From Azolla caroliniana (taxonomy: Eukaryota > Plantae > Polypodiophyta), in contig JBHGNT010000021.1 in the NCBI GenBank assembly GCA_043228905.1, forward strand, positions 1,922,001-1,986,000: 64,000 nt of DNA, written 5' to 3'. Below the pieces are notes generated by a model, which worked only from the letters and a program-made list of their open reading frames with translations, had not been told where the DNA came from and made no database searches. Position numbers and translations under genes: made by a program. Shown in pieces: positions 25,651-39,400 of this stretch (its first letter is position 1; every line of letters begins with the position of its first letter).

Positions 25651-26149
25651 GCATAGCATCAATGTCTATGAGTGGTCTTTTCTACATATTCTTTTTTGAG
25701 CTTGACCACTCTTATGTAGTATTATTTATTGAGGTAGAGTCTGACACAATCAAAAGATGTAGGTTGTACCATTAACACTCGATTGTAAGGGCCTCAACTT
25801 GTAGCATATCACCTAAAAAGAGCCAAAGTTCTCAAGATAGGGAAGCCATTGTTCTTGACCTTAGAGGCCCAAATAGATAACAAGAATAAAACTATTTAAA
25901 AGAAGGTTGTTTGCTTGGAATAGGAGCCCACTCTCCTAGATGTGAATGACACATATAAATAAATAATGTGTCGACTTCCATAAAATAGTCCAATGTTTTG
26001 AGATAGGGAAGTCAGTCACATATACAAATAAAGAGTTCCAAAATGAGGTTAATCGTTCAAAATAAGGGAGGTGCACTCTCCATGATGTGAATGGTGTAAA
26101 TAACTAAGGAATGGGAATTACATAAAAAGAGGCCCATGCCATGTACGTA

Positions 26150-26730
26150 ATTTAGAGAGAGGAGAGATAGATGGATAGATTCTATTATTGTCTTTGAAGG
26201 TCAAATATGACATGTGAGACCAAAAATATTACATTCCATGTAATACATGTGAGACAAACCATATTACATTTCATGTAATACATGTGAAAGTGAGCAGCGA
26301 CTCTCAATGTTCAAGAACTTTACCAATGAATGCTACAATCAAAAGTGCACATTGTGATTGTGAGAGAAATTCGTGAAAGGATTGGGTTTGGTTAAAGATG
26401 TGTGGAAAGCATTGTCAAATATGATCAAAGGTAGAGCATTGTATCCAAGTGTGACACTGAGCCCAAACTTGTTTTAGGCAAAGTGTGCATATTTGACCAC
26501 TCTCATCACTTGTGTCCAACGCCCCATCTCACATCACAATGTATGTGAGCTAAGTCGCATGGAAGAATGGTTTGGATGGCAGGCAACAAGATGGGATCTT
26601 AACACATGCATAGATTTGTACAGTTTCCTCGTTCGGAAAAGAATATGGTTTAAGTGTGGTTAGGTGCAATATGTGTAGTATAATGCGTGAAGCGTGAACC
26701 TCCACATTTTCCCCATGGCATTATACATTT
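26150..26730 (-). mobile_element. RTE-X/L2-like LINE 3' end, copy 1
   Basis: Minus-strand MRLSSHTL*CEMGRW and ICTLCLKQV...HTWIQCSTFDHI (C-terminal CCHC finger), a simple-repeat tail, and clear similarity to 34160-34710 and 36110-36320. Confidence 0.7.
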
Positions 26731-28000
26731 GTAGATAGACCTCAATTGGTCATCAAGGTATCACTAATTATGTGATACATTTCGGAAAATGTGAGTCAAC
26801 GGTGATCTCATTTAAATCCATTCTTTGTAAAAATGTTTATTTGGTGCATAGTGATGGGGAAGGAGATGCCAAAATGGAACCTTCATTAACACTTTCAATG
26901 GCCAAACCATTTCAATGGCATTGTTAATTAGATAATATATGTTGCCACTATTTTAATGGGTTTTCACTCAAGGAGCGTAACCTTTCCCATCAAAGAAGAC
27001 ATTGTTTGATTGATTAGGTCTTGGGCTTTATGGTATAATCATAACATGAGGAACAAGTTATTGTTTTATGATGGTCTTCATGGAGTACCACAATAAGTAC
27101 ATGAGCTGAATTTGACTTGTTAACTTTCTCATAACTAAACTTTGCAAGCACCTTGTCGTCAGACGAGTTGCCTTTATGTTAGCTAGTATCAAGCACTGTA
27201 GAGGGTTTACCTTGCCACAAAAGCTTAACTATTGTAGGTTTTGTTGTGTTCTCATATATATACACTACTTTAATGAAAAGGGAGAGAGGGAGGGAGGTCA
27301 CATGCTTATAGGATAGACAAAATAAGAGATATATGTGCACTTCATAACATTCATAACAATGCAAAGATAGCATGCATCGGAGTGAGTGGCTCTAAAAGCA
27401 TGACAACGCGAAGGTAAGCATCTATATGGGTTGAATATCAAGCCATCCCATGTTATACAATGAGAGGTGTGCGTCATGACATTGGAACACGGACACAAAC
27501 ATCCACACACATATATAATATAGTAAGCATCCACAGAAATATAATATAGTAACCATCCATCTATAGAGATGTGGTTGACATATTAGCGAATTGTAGTAGT
27601 AGTTGGCCGTTGGGAAGGCGAATAAAGTTTGAAAAGCAATTAAAAAGAGGACCATAATATCTAAGCTTGTGTACGAATGGGGGTAAAAAAGTAAGAGTAG
27701 GGGGGGGGGGACAAAAAGAGATGGCATGAGTGTGAAAAGGGAGGGGGTAGTGGGATGGGCATGAAGTGTTCAAATATGAAAAAGAGGAAAAGAAAGCAAC
27801 TGAGTGGAAGTAACTAGGGGGGGGGGGGGGGGAGGGAGGGAATGGGGGGTTGGTTGGTAACTGAAGGAGAGTGAGGGATTAGTTAGATGAGGAGGAGCCA
27901 CACAATGGCTGCCTACATAAAGGGTGTTTTGGGGGGTGGAGAGGTAGTATTGAGAGATCATTATCATTGTTAGGGGGTGTGTTAGGGCTTATATTGTTAA

Positions 28001-28031
<31 letters not shown>

Positions 28032-28132
28032 GGAGTGGGAGTGGGGTTAGGGTTTATGTTATATATATATGTATATATGTATGTATGTATGAGAGTAGGG
28101 TTTTTAACATTTTCATGTTGACATGAGAGAGA

Positions 28133-28345
28133 TCAGAGAGGGTATGAGCTATATACATTACTAGTAATTACACCATGGACATATACATTACTAGTTACAA
28201 TTACACCATGGACATATACATTACTAGTAATTACACCATGGACATATACATCACTAGTAATTACAGCATGGACGGAACGACACAATGCCACCACCACCGA
28301 CAACAACCACGGCAGCAACAAGATGGAATGGCCGCCACACCACAT
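28133..28345 (-). CDS. Candidate 70-aa secreted peptide precursor with four VITS(D/N)VY(VHG) repeats
   Basis: MWCGGHSILLLPWLLSVVVALCRSVHA has a hydrophobic core and a V-H-A cleavage-like site. The repeats follow, and their units of 30/33/30/30 nt all preserve frame. No expression evidence. Confidence 0.4.
   Translation of the reverse strand: MWCGGHSILLLPWLLSVVVALCRSVHAVITSDVYVHGVITSNVYVHGVIVTSNVYVHGVITSNVYSSYPL
28151..28273. repeat. 30-bp tandem repeat x4
   Basis: Unit ATATACATTACTAGTAATTACACCATGGAC; the second copy has a 3-nt insertion. Confidence 0.95.
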
Positions 28346-28851
28346 TGGTTTGGATTGGTTGATGATGATGATGATGATGATGATGATGAGGGTTAAGGGT
28401 AATTGTATGTGTATGTGTATGTATATGAATGCATGGATGGATGGATGCATGTGGAGGGGTATGGTTTGTATAATCATGATAATGTGCTACTAGTAATTAC
28501 CTGATAGCTGCATATTGGTTGATGATTATGGGATTAAGAGGCATTCTATGAGAATGTATGTGTGTGTACATGGCAGGGAGAGGATAATGCTTGAGGTGGG
28601 CATAATTCATGGAGGTAGAGATATATGATTATACTGTATCCACATAACATACATAGATGCATACATACATAACATTTACATATACACACACATACATAAC
28701 ATTTACATACACACTCACACATACATACATACCATTACATACATACAATACACACACACACACACACATACATACATACATACATACATACATACATACA
28801 TACATACATACATGCAACACATGCATAATATTTACATACATACATGCATAT

Positions 28852-28995
28852 GAGGTGGTGGAATGATGCGTCTATTATGACTATAAACACGATCATTTGC
28901 CTGGCTCCCTGCATGCCACCTGGCAGGTTATGATTGGCCCAGATAGCTTCCACAGCTGGCATGCAGAGGGCCATGCAGGTCCTTCACACCACCCC
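28852..28995 (+). ncRNA. MIR160: MIR160 precursor; mature miR160 28898-28918, predicted star about 28959-28979
   Basis: TGCCTGGCTCCCTGCATGCCA is the conserved miR160 (C at position 15 variant). It pairs with TGGCATGCAGAGGGCCATGCA (28957-28977) with 2 mismatches and 1 G:U. Additional G:U-containing upper and lower stems favour the plus strand. Confidence 0.92.
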
Positions 28996-30562
28996 CCCCC
29001 CCCCCCCCCCCATCCACTAATTTCTTCATTACTTCATTCAGTCCCTGCCATTAATCCTCCCCTGCCCCCTCCATTCAATTCCTTCAGGAATTCACTAATC
29101 TCCTCTACTCCCTCCCTAATCCAACTCATTTCCTGCCATTAATCCTTTCTAACCTCTTCAAATTTAATATTACAATAACCTCTCTCTTCCAAGTAATCAT
29201 CACCATAATTTCACTTATATATTTATTATTTAAGTATTATGATTTTAGGGATATATCTTGGGAAATTAAAGTTGATATTATTATTATTATTATTATTATT
29301 ATTACTGTCATAATTCTCATCATTAATAGACATTTTTATTGATTTTTAATTTGTTTTGTAGTACTCAGTCAGGAAAAAGTGCTCATTTTTGTTAAAAAGA
29401 TATTAAAAAAAGACCTGATTTATTCAACGGCATTAAATGTTTTTTTAAAGCTTTAATTTGGTTGTTATTTTTTATTCTTCTTCAAGTCATTGAGTGCCAA
29501 ACACACACATCCAATATGTATTTGTAAACTTTTGCAATAAATAAAGTGTTGTAATTATGTAATCAATAATATTGATATTATATGTGTGTGTGAATAAAAA
29601 GGCTTCCATTTATCATTACAAGATAAGAGTATGTATGTAGATGATTTGATTAATTTTGAGGGCCCCCCCCCCCCCCCTAAAGATGCAAGACTTCTTATTC
29701 TTTTGAAACTTGGGAAAGTTGGGTCTTTTTGTGATGCCAAAAGGAGATTCCTCCTAGAGTAGATAGATCATTTATGATGAAAAGTCTCTTAATACTTAAT
29801 AATATGCGGAGTTTCACTCCGTTTCTCCGGAAATTTGTGTCAGTGTCTCTCGTCCCACCTTAAGTATGTCGAAATTCGGTAGATGAAAACAATACCCATT
29901 TTTGCCTACTCATTGATCCTTCAAAATGGTACCCTCCTTAATATATAAATCAATGTCTTAATCTTTATAACCTTTGGCTTGAGCTTGAATTTTGGCCTAC
30001 ATGATTGATGCATGGACACCACTACCAAATTAAGGTGGAAAATTCACAAATCCTAACAAAGATGGTGATTTGACACCTCCTTCTCATTACAACATTGCTT
30101 TACAAACTTTCTATGTTGTCACTAGTTACTATGTCATTCATTCTAAAGAAATAATATAATTTACATATTGGTAGCCTACCCTTTAGTAGGCACCTTTGAA
30201 GAAGCATCCTACAAATCTATAGTTACAGTGTATAGTAGAAATGGTTCCTGTTCTAAAATCAATGGAAATACAGAATGTTGGTGGGTTATCAATGTGGTAA
30301 CCAATGGTTGTGACACAATTACTAATAATTGTGCTTGTTTTTGGGTCCACACACTACACCAATACCATTGTACATACAATCATGAAGGGGAAGATTGGTA
30401 AAAAAGAAGAAGATGTTTCATTTATGGTCAATATAGCATGTGGAGGGTCGACAATAATATCAAGGGGGTCGGCATGTGTACCGATACCCACATTTGTTTT
30501 TTACGTGAGCATGGTCTTGTAAAATGTTGGTTGTAATTAGTTGCAACGAGAGACGAGTTAGC

Positions 30563-30730
30563 GCTAATCTATGGTTTGTTATATTAATGTATTAATGCTA
30601 ATCTATGGTGTGTTATATTAATGTATTAATGCTAATCTATGGTTTGTTATATTAATGTATTAATGTTAATCTATGGTTTGCTATAATATTAATGTATTAG
30701 TGCTAATCTATGGTTTGCTGTATTAATGTA
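30563..30730. repeat. ~34-bp tandem repeat x5
   Basis: Unit GCTAATCTATGGTTTGTTATATTAATGTATTAAT. Confidence 0.92.
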
Positions 30731-33700
30731 TGGATTGATGAGTTCCTATAATCCTAACAGTTTTTTAGAAATGTTTTGAAGATCAGCATATCCTTGCACT
30801 CAAGAGAGCCAAGGAGCTTAATGGAGATCAATGATGTTTTTAAAGGTTGGATGTAGTGCTAGTTATTATGTTTATCAACAATTTAACAAGTAATCACCCA
30901 CTATATATGTAAATGCCCCCCCACAAATCAGGTAGCCCAATATAAGTACAGTTTAATCATTCCCTTGTCAATTAGATTCATGGGAAATTTAATTATTCTG
31001 CCTACTCTGATATGTTTTGGTATATAATTACTACTGATAACAGTTAGATTGTCTATTTATTTTGATATTTTGGGCAGATCGGGGAGCTTTGCACTATTCT
31101 AACAACCATGGGTACGCAGTATAACAATCAAGACCATGTAATTAATATATATCTAGTTTTACAGCAAGGCATTATCTGTCATCTAAAGTTACTATTTAAT
31201 TATTTGGGTTTTGGGTGCCAAATTGTGATGATATAATATAATTAAGTGTCTAAGCTGCTACTAATTCATGTACATGTGTTTAATTAGTGGCCAAAGTCTA
31301 AGAGTATTGTATAGATTATCAGCAACCCCAAAAAATACATTGGAAGAGGAAAGATTAATTAGGTATTTAAGTAGATATGCTCATGAGCTCCTCCTATTAA
31401 GCCAACACATAAAAAAATAAAATGAAACAAAGTTGGCTTGATTGAATGAGTGCAATATTATCATCTCCATAATCAAAGAGTGTAAAATTTTCATAATAAT
31501 ATGACTCCTCATTCAAATTCATTTGAATCAACTATTGTGCAAAAATAATGTGGTTTAATTAGGGTTACACAATGTAGGTGGTGGTGTAAGCAAGTGTTGA
31601 GGTACCGTCCTTTTCTATATAAGTATGTAGTGGCTATCCTTTTCACACTAGTACTTAAGGATTGAGTAATGTGCATTAAGACGTGGTCCATTCACCCAAT
31701 CACGCGGACAATGGTAATAAGAGGTCGACACGAGGACATCCATCCGAGCTGGTCGAGCTTCGCATCAGGTGCCCTTTGTATCCTCCTAATCCTCCTCCTC
31801 ACAGGTCACGACCATTTGGATGTTGTTCGACTACGTTGAGGCGCCTCACCTTACATACCACATATCCAATTCATAATTTCTTGATTCTTTGTAAGAATTC
31901 CATGTTCTATTGTTATAAACCTTCCAATATTTTATTCAATGGTTCATCATACTTTGAGTTATGGACCTAACATGTTTTGGAGTCGGAGTTGTATTTATTT
32001 TTTCAATGTGAAGAATATTGTGTTGAGCAAGGAGAGCTAGCATGTGTTATTGAAAATAGACCAACTTCCGCAGTTATGGAAACAATTATAAACTTAGAAA
32101 ATGAGTTTTCACAGAAGATATGGACTATTCACGTTCCTTCAACACAACATCTCTCGAGTCTCACAATACAAGTACATATTTCCCTATAAAATTGTAAGAT
32201 ACGTGGAAGCTTACAATTCCTTGTGACATGTACTCAAGAAAATCTTGCCTTTATGGTTAACATACTGTCGCACATCTTGGAATATTGGATAGCATTGACC
32301 TTTCTCTTTAAATACAATGGAAGAACTCCACTTCCAACTCCAAGGATGGTTTGGATTTTAATTGGAACAAATACATCAATACAATCTCAACATTTAAGTA
32401 AGTGTTTTTACTATTGCATGTGGTTTTATTTATTGAAATTTGAAGAAACAATACTTTGACACATCATCATTGATTGCCACCAAATATTTCGCAGTAGTTG
32501 TTGTCAATGATCTTGTGATATGTTTGGCACACAATGTGCATCTTGACCAAACCTATATTTACATGTGTAGAGATCCCAATAGTAACCACCACATAGAAAA
32601 ATTCACCTATAACCATCACGTAGAGGTAAAAATCTCAACAACCATCGTGTGAATGGTCAATACCAAACATCATGTTAAATTGTGAACTATAACCATCATG
32701 CAGAGGTTTAAAAAATAAGTAACAACCATTTGTATGGTGTTGTAACAATATTCATAATGTGGAATTATGGATTCTAATGTGTTACATTGTGAGCCCAAAC
32801 CATCGTTAGAGGTTTAGAAAATCGACAGAAAACCATCATGTGAAGCTTTGAATTGTCCCATTAATAATATGTAGAATACGTCAACAACTCCCATCATGGT
32901 GAGGAATCTCCCTTACACATATTAGAGAGGAAGTGATGCTCAAACTCAAGGCCTTAACAGGTGTGCACCACTACCTTCAGAAATTCCACAACCAACCCCA
33001 AGTTTGAGATTAGTGGAAACTCTACTAGCCACCAAGAACCACAATCAAGCTCCCAAGAAAATACTAAGGCTAATAAAAAGCTTTAAAAACTCAAGCAACC
33101 TAACACATAGAGATGACAATGAAGAATAATGAGGCATCTAACCTAGGATTAGTTCCCACTCTTCAGTCTATCCAAATGTTGTTGACCTTAGTGGACTGCA
33201 AGATGCCATGTGAATAACAACAAATTGACTTAGGTAAGTAAGGTGTACATTCATTTATGGGTGTACACAACCGTTTTGAGCATATAAAAAGGGTTTAGCA
33301 AATTATGTAAGCTTATGAACTATTCTTATATGGGGTGAGAAGCCCTATCACCCTTGAGTATCAATATGATTTTGATTCCAAATGCTTCTAGATTAGGTGT
33401 AGGATGACTCTAGAGGGTCCATAAGGCATTTTTATTACGTAGCCCCGAGAATGATCAGAAAGCACTGAATTGGAGAATTGGACAATAACCTTATGTAGAA
33501 CACCTTGAATCACCTCCCATTGTCCCACGGAAAATTTCACATGCTATCCTACCCTGATAGCCATTGTTATCGAGAATTGTATGTTTGCCTTGCAAAGCCT
33601 AAGTTACTATGACTACACAAACAAGTCTTTGGTTGGGAGGAGGGCAGTTCTCCAATATCTAGCTAATAGGACCTATGATAAGAACGATATTAAACATGTT

Positions 33701-34159
33701 GATGAGGTGTTCTCACATTACACAAAAATAGTTGGTGACATTTATCAAGTGTGTATATCTTGAGAAATGACACTCACAATCTAAGAGGAGGAACCCAAGG
33801 CTATGTGTAGACTTAAAAATAAAAACCATTTAATTGACAGGGCCCTTACATGGTTAGTGAGTTTCCCTCCAAACATGATCAAGTGCATTATGATATTTTG
33901 GCAAACCAATGTACTAAAATGTCATCTATGTTATATGAGTATTTGTATATGTCTATGAACCTACATGTTTTTCAAGTATGTGTATATCAAATTATGGAAG
34001 TGAATAATTGTGTATATAAGTATATGTTTATGTGAAAAGTATATGTATGTCTATATTTGTATGAATGTTTATGAATATATGCTAATGTATAATATGATTG
34101 ATTGTGTTTGTGTAAGGATTATGTATACGTAAGATGTCTTCCGAATGTCAAATATGGCC

Positions 34160-35290
34160 AATGAGACAAAAAATATTACATTTCACGTGATATATGTGAA
34201 AGTGAGTAGTGACTCTCGATGTTCAAGAACTATACCAATGAATGTTGCAATCGAGAGTGCACATTGTGGTTGTGATAGAAATTCGTGCAAGGATTGGGCT
34301 TGGTCGAAGATGTGTGGAAAGCATGGTCGAATATGATCAAAGACAAAGCATTGTATCAAAGTGTGTTACTCAACATCTCGAACTTGTTTAGGGCAAAGTG
34401 TGCATAGTCGACCACTCTCATCACTTGTACCCCAACGCCCCATTTCACATTGCAATGCATGTGAGCTAAGTCACATAGAAGCAATGGTTCGAATGCCAAA
34501 CAACGGGGTGGACTCTACAATGTATCGATGTGTACAGTATGGTTTTCGATTTCGTCCTCGACCGAAATACTCATTGACTCCATTTGATTTGGTTCGTTCT
34601 CTTGCCATCCGGAGGGACCTGTTTCCCAACACAGTAGTTCAATATGGTTTTGTAGTTAGGTGCAACATGTGTAGTATATTTTGTGAAGTGTGAGCATCCA
34701 CATATGTCCCATGTCATGATACATTTACGTTGCAAAAAGGCCTCATTCATAGAGGAATCTAGTGATGCATCTACCAAACCATTTTTCCATATCATGCATC
34801 TAACCAGAACAAAAAAAATTGCTTTTATGCGTCTTTTTTATCGTTTTTCTTGCTTCCCATACAATTCTAGGAAGTCGATGTGGGGATTTTTTTGAACCTT
34901 AAGCATATATTGAACAACCCTTTCCATGGCCATGATCTCAATGGGAAGTGATCCCATCTCAAAGAGGAGGGTGTATGGCGTTTGTTTCTTAACTTGCAGA
35001 AACTTTGTCAGAAAATGTTTTTGGACATTTTCAAACTCTTTCTAGTAGATCTAGGGATTCTACCACCTATACTTCTACCCCATAGAGAAGCACGTATGTC
35101 ACCAAAGTGTCAAAAAGGTATTTCTTGAGGACCAAACACTTAATAACTCCATGATTGCATGTGTTCTCAAATGCATAATATTCTCTCTTTCCCGTCCATT
35201 TGAGCATTTCAACCTTTATACATTGAAGATCACTTGTGCTTTCTTTTGTGTTTAGAGAAATTGATGAGTAATTTCCCATACTCTTCAAAG
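34160..35290 (-). mobile_element. RTE-X/L2-like LINE 3' part, copy 2 (longest)
   Basis: KYLFDTLVTYVLLYGVEV (post-RT motif, ORF 35067-35288) plus the same SSH..CEMGRW/CTLC finger region as copy 1. Confidence 0.72.
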
Positions 35291-36074
35291 TTACTCAATA
35301 AAAATCATTAGGTGTTTCTATTTTGAGCCATATGTATCATTTATGCTCATTATTTTTTATGATCGACACATAGTTCTCTATTTCCTTCTCAATCAAACAT
35401 CCCACCCCTCCTTGTCCTCTTCATTGTCTTGGATTTATCATACTTTAGTTTTTAAGATACTCTCCCAAAAGAGGAGAAAGACAAATCTCTGATTGTATCA
35501 AGCCATCCATGTGCATTTGACTAGACATCTCTATACTCATCGATTTGAAATGCATTCCATTCCATTCCAATAATCTTTCTTCAATTGCAATTCTTGTTAC
35601 ACTAGTGGATTCCCCGCTCCCCACTCAGCCACCCAATCGATATTTCATCCGAAAGAGATATTTGCTAGCTAAACCACAGAAATAACCATATAAAATAAGT
35701 GTGCATTTCTCTCTCATTTTCAATGGAAATATTTTTAAACCAAATTTCTTGCTATTCTTAATACCAATCATTCTTGTCCCAATAGAAATCGGATTTGATT
35801 CCTCGTTGATCAAAAGAAATTGATTGAGTCAATATATTAAAGCATTCCTGATTTTCGCCCATATCAAAAAGTGTACATAATAGTTTCCTAAACTTTGATT
35901 CCTTTGAGTATCATGCTCCCATGTTTCAACAAGAAGTGTGATATTTGAGCCATCAATGAACACCTCTATAGCAAATTCCACATTCCATGGGTATCCATTG
36001 CAATTCCAAAAGCAATCATATAAGACATGAATTAGTCTCATAGGTTACATGTCCCTACTTGGAGGTCAAATGGC

Positions 36075-36320
36075 AAGGAAGGAGAGAAAGATAGACCAAA
36101 AATATATAATATATTGTATTTCATGTAATACATGTAATACATGTAAAAGTGAGCTACCATTCTCACTTTTTAAGATTTTTATTAATGAATGTTACAATTA
36201 CAAGTGACATTGTTGTTGTGAGAGATTCATTCAAGGATTGGGTTTGGTTGAAGATTTGCAGAAACAATACTTGAATGTTATGAAAGTTGAAGCATTGTAT
36301 CAAAGTGTGATACTTAGGAA
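36075..36320 (-). mobile_element. RTE-X/L2-like LINE 3' end, copy 3
   Basis: Aligns by eye with 26260-26460. Confidence 0.65.
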
Positions 36321-36439
36321 TAAGTTACTCAATAAATGACACACCTCATATTCAAGTTCTTTATGAGGAATCGTGCATGATTCAATATCAGTGCAATTAT
36401 AGTTTGTTTCATCAAGCCCATATAAATAGAACATAATTA

Positions 36440-39400
36440 CCACTCAATAGAGACGTCATGGAGTCAATGACCATTATCTGAAGTAAAGCATTGGCATCCC
36501 CACCTTCCCCATGCTTAATATTGCATTGTAAAGTTTTAATATCTGCTCCTGGTAATAAACAACAATTCAAAATCAACAATCAACATGGAATACTATCCAG
36601 ATTTACTTAAATACCACAAAGGGCTGCCTCATGAGCCAATAGTTCAGTTTGTTATTCTCTTGGTTGCTTAAATGTTTCGTAATAGCCGTTTGCCAAATAT
36701 TCAAATTGCAAATCATTGATATTGAGAATATGGAGCCACAAAATTACCTACTTGATTATAAGTAGCTTGGAGGCAATATTGAGCATGGGGAACAAATTTA
36801 CAATCTATGAATGATTCAACTTCATGAATAAATTTGTTCTCATGAAGTACTTTGAAATCTTTGTAATAAATGATTCAACTTCATGAGAACAAATTTACAG
36901 TTTGATCTTATAAATAAGTGACAAAACCAGTTAAATCCCAAATACATCAATCAAAAGACCAAGGAAACATCCCAACATACATAGGAACTATGAATCATGA
37001 TTTTGCTATGAATCATGATTTTGATGTATGGAATGCCAGCTTTAACACAGAAAAGGTACTATCCACCAGCTCGACTTTTGTTGTTCTTATTCATGTCATC
37101 TATGGCTGGCGTTGGCTTATAAAAAGAAAATCAAGGAAAAAGAGTGTACAGATTTATAATGAGGACATCTCTAGATAGATACACCTACATTAAGGTCAAT
37201 TTGGATTTCTGGAAACCATGATTGTTGCAAGATTTGCACTTGTATGACTTTTTGGCTTTTATCAGATATATAGATATTCATATGCACAAATTAATACTTC
37301 ACCAAATTGCTTTACAGGAACCTCTTCAGCAAAATTCAACCAATTCAGAAGACACGCTCTCATGAAGTCATCTGTTTTTCATCAACTTATCTAGAAACAA
37401 ATGTAAATATAGTTGCAGCAGGAATTCTTGTTTTATATATTACAATATGCATTTGAATGTTCAATAGTTTTAAAAAAATAAATTTAATTATATGTTTACC
37501 AGCTACACACTTATCTGATGCTGCACACCCAAGTGATTTCTGTGGGACAAAACATGCATTTTTTCTTGAAAACTAACTGAACCACTACGAAGGATTTAGC
37601 GATAAGTATTAAGCTAAATCAATATTTGTGTTATGCAAGACAAAAACCGAATTCATGAATGTGTCTGGATTCTGTGTGATATTTGTGATGGGCAAAATAC
37701 TAGCATTATATGAAATTAAGAAACAGAAAAAAGATCTAATAGTAACAACAGTTGTTGAAAACTAATGCTAAAATAGATTTTATGCTAATCTAAGTTTCCA
37801 TCCTCTTTTCAATAATAATTCAACGATAAGTTTTTCTTCATACATGCATCTGTAACGTTTGAGTATATATGTGTTGACTAGTGTAATTTCTGATATAGTT
37901 TTGATATGACATGATACAAACCAATTAATAGTAGGGTTTGAAACTAAGAAACACAGGGAATTTTCTAAATATAACAATGTTTCATCAAGATATTTGGAAA
38001 GACTGACAATAACTTGATCTAATTTCTCCTCCTTTCAATAATAGTTCGATAAGATATTATTCATGCTAGTACCTTATATGTGTGTATACTGCCTCAGAGA
38101 TTTTCTGCTTATACTTTTGAACAAGGATTCATGAAAACTGGAAGAAGTTTAAAGAAATCATACAATATCTTGCATCTTTGGACAGTAAAACTCCATTTTC
38201 TTTTGAATCCATGATTAGTTTCTCCACTTCATGAAACTGCAAAATAATGGTAGAAATCAACAAACCCTTTCTATAATGTACATTAAAATTTAAGAATTCT
38301 CTCAAAAGAAAAAGTAAAGAATAGACAATGTACAGAAAATGAATAAGGGAGGTGATCATGTAGCAAAGAATGCAAGGAGACAATGCACAATAGACAAATA
38401 AGGAGAAACAAAAAAGTTATAGTCAATTATACAAGTAATGGTGTTGTCCACTCATGCACTCATAAATTAGAGCTTAACTAGAGATCTGGACAACTAAGTG
38501 CAACGGGTGGTCGGTAGGTAGGTAAGTGGTTTATTAATTATTAGAGGCTAGGTACATAAGTTGCCACTATCTTCATAGATTAACATCCATTGTTTCCCTA
38601 CTAATGGAAAGTATTGAGAGAATCTACTTGATCGGCTCAGTCAGGTTGATCTTAATCCATCACACTATCATGTAAGTATTGAGAGATATTACTAAAATAT
38701 GTTCAGGGTTACAGCCCCAAACCCCAAATCTAGGGTCGTTAGCCCCAGAACCCTCGAGTCAAAGCAATGCCCCAAACTCCTCCCAATCCCCCCAAAAAAG
38801 AAAAAAAAAACTATGGTAAGGATCACAACACCATGACCTCATGAGGACATTCAATACAATATGTTATGTTAGGAAGTCAGTTATTGGCGATGATCATTGA
38901 GTATATATTCTAACATCCCCCATCAATGATGAGTCATTGATGAACTATATTGGTGGTGACTGATACCAGGCCAATGACGATATGTCAAAGCAAGTGGTCC
39001 ACTGAAGATCTCAGATAATACTCAAGCTCCACAATTTCATGCTTTATTAACTCCCTTACATAATGATACTAAATCTCTATATGCTTCGTGCATCATTAAA
39101 ACATGGGGTTCCTAGCAATGGCTATGCAACTTTGATTGTTGCATCAAGTACTATGCCAACCTACTTGAAACTTCCAAATCTTAGATAGTTCTTCTTAGCC
39201 AAGTCGCTTGACGAGCTACAAAACAAGCAGCTTTGCATTCAGCCTCTATTGAAGAAAGTAACACCATCGGCTGCTTCTTGCTGGTCCATGAGAACACTTC
39301 AGAACCAAGTGACAAACAATATCCAAAAAACGATTTTCTGAAATCACAATCTGCAGCCCAATCAGAGTCACTATACTCATTGAGAGAATTGATCCTCTAG

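Noticed and set aside
27400-27480. miR535-like TGACAACGCGAAGG in a weak hairpin
   Set aside because: Only the first 8 nt match and the opposite arm pairs poorly.
28151-28273. CRISPR-like appearance of the 30-bp repeat (also the 34-bp repeat at 30563-30730)
   Set aside because: The units are head-to-tail with no unique spacers, there are no cas genes, and the context is eukaryotic.
28175-28396. Plus-strand MDIYITSNYT repeats as a phytosulfokine precursor
   Set aside because: It lacks the DYIYTQ motif and a signal peptide.
28629-28866. ORFs over (CATA)n/(TATG)n tracts (also 18331-18552)
   Set aside because: These are microsatellite translations.
29790-29821. Hairpin CGGAGT-TTC-ACTCCG as a Helitron 3' end
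   Set aside because: The terminus reads TAAG rather than CTRR, and no 5' end or helicase was found.
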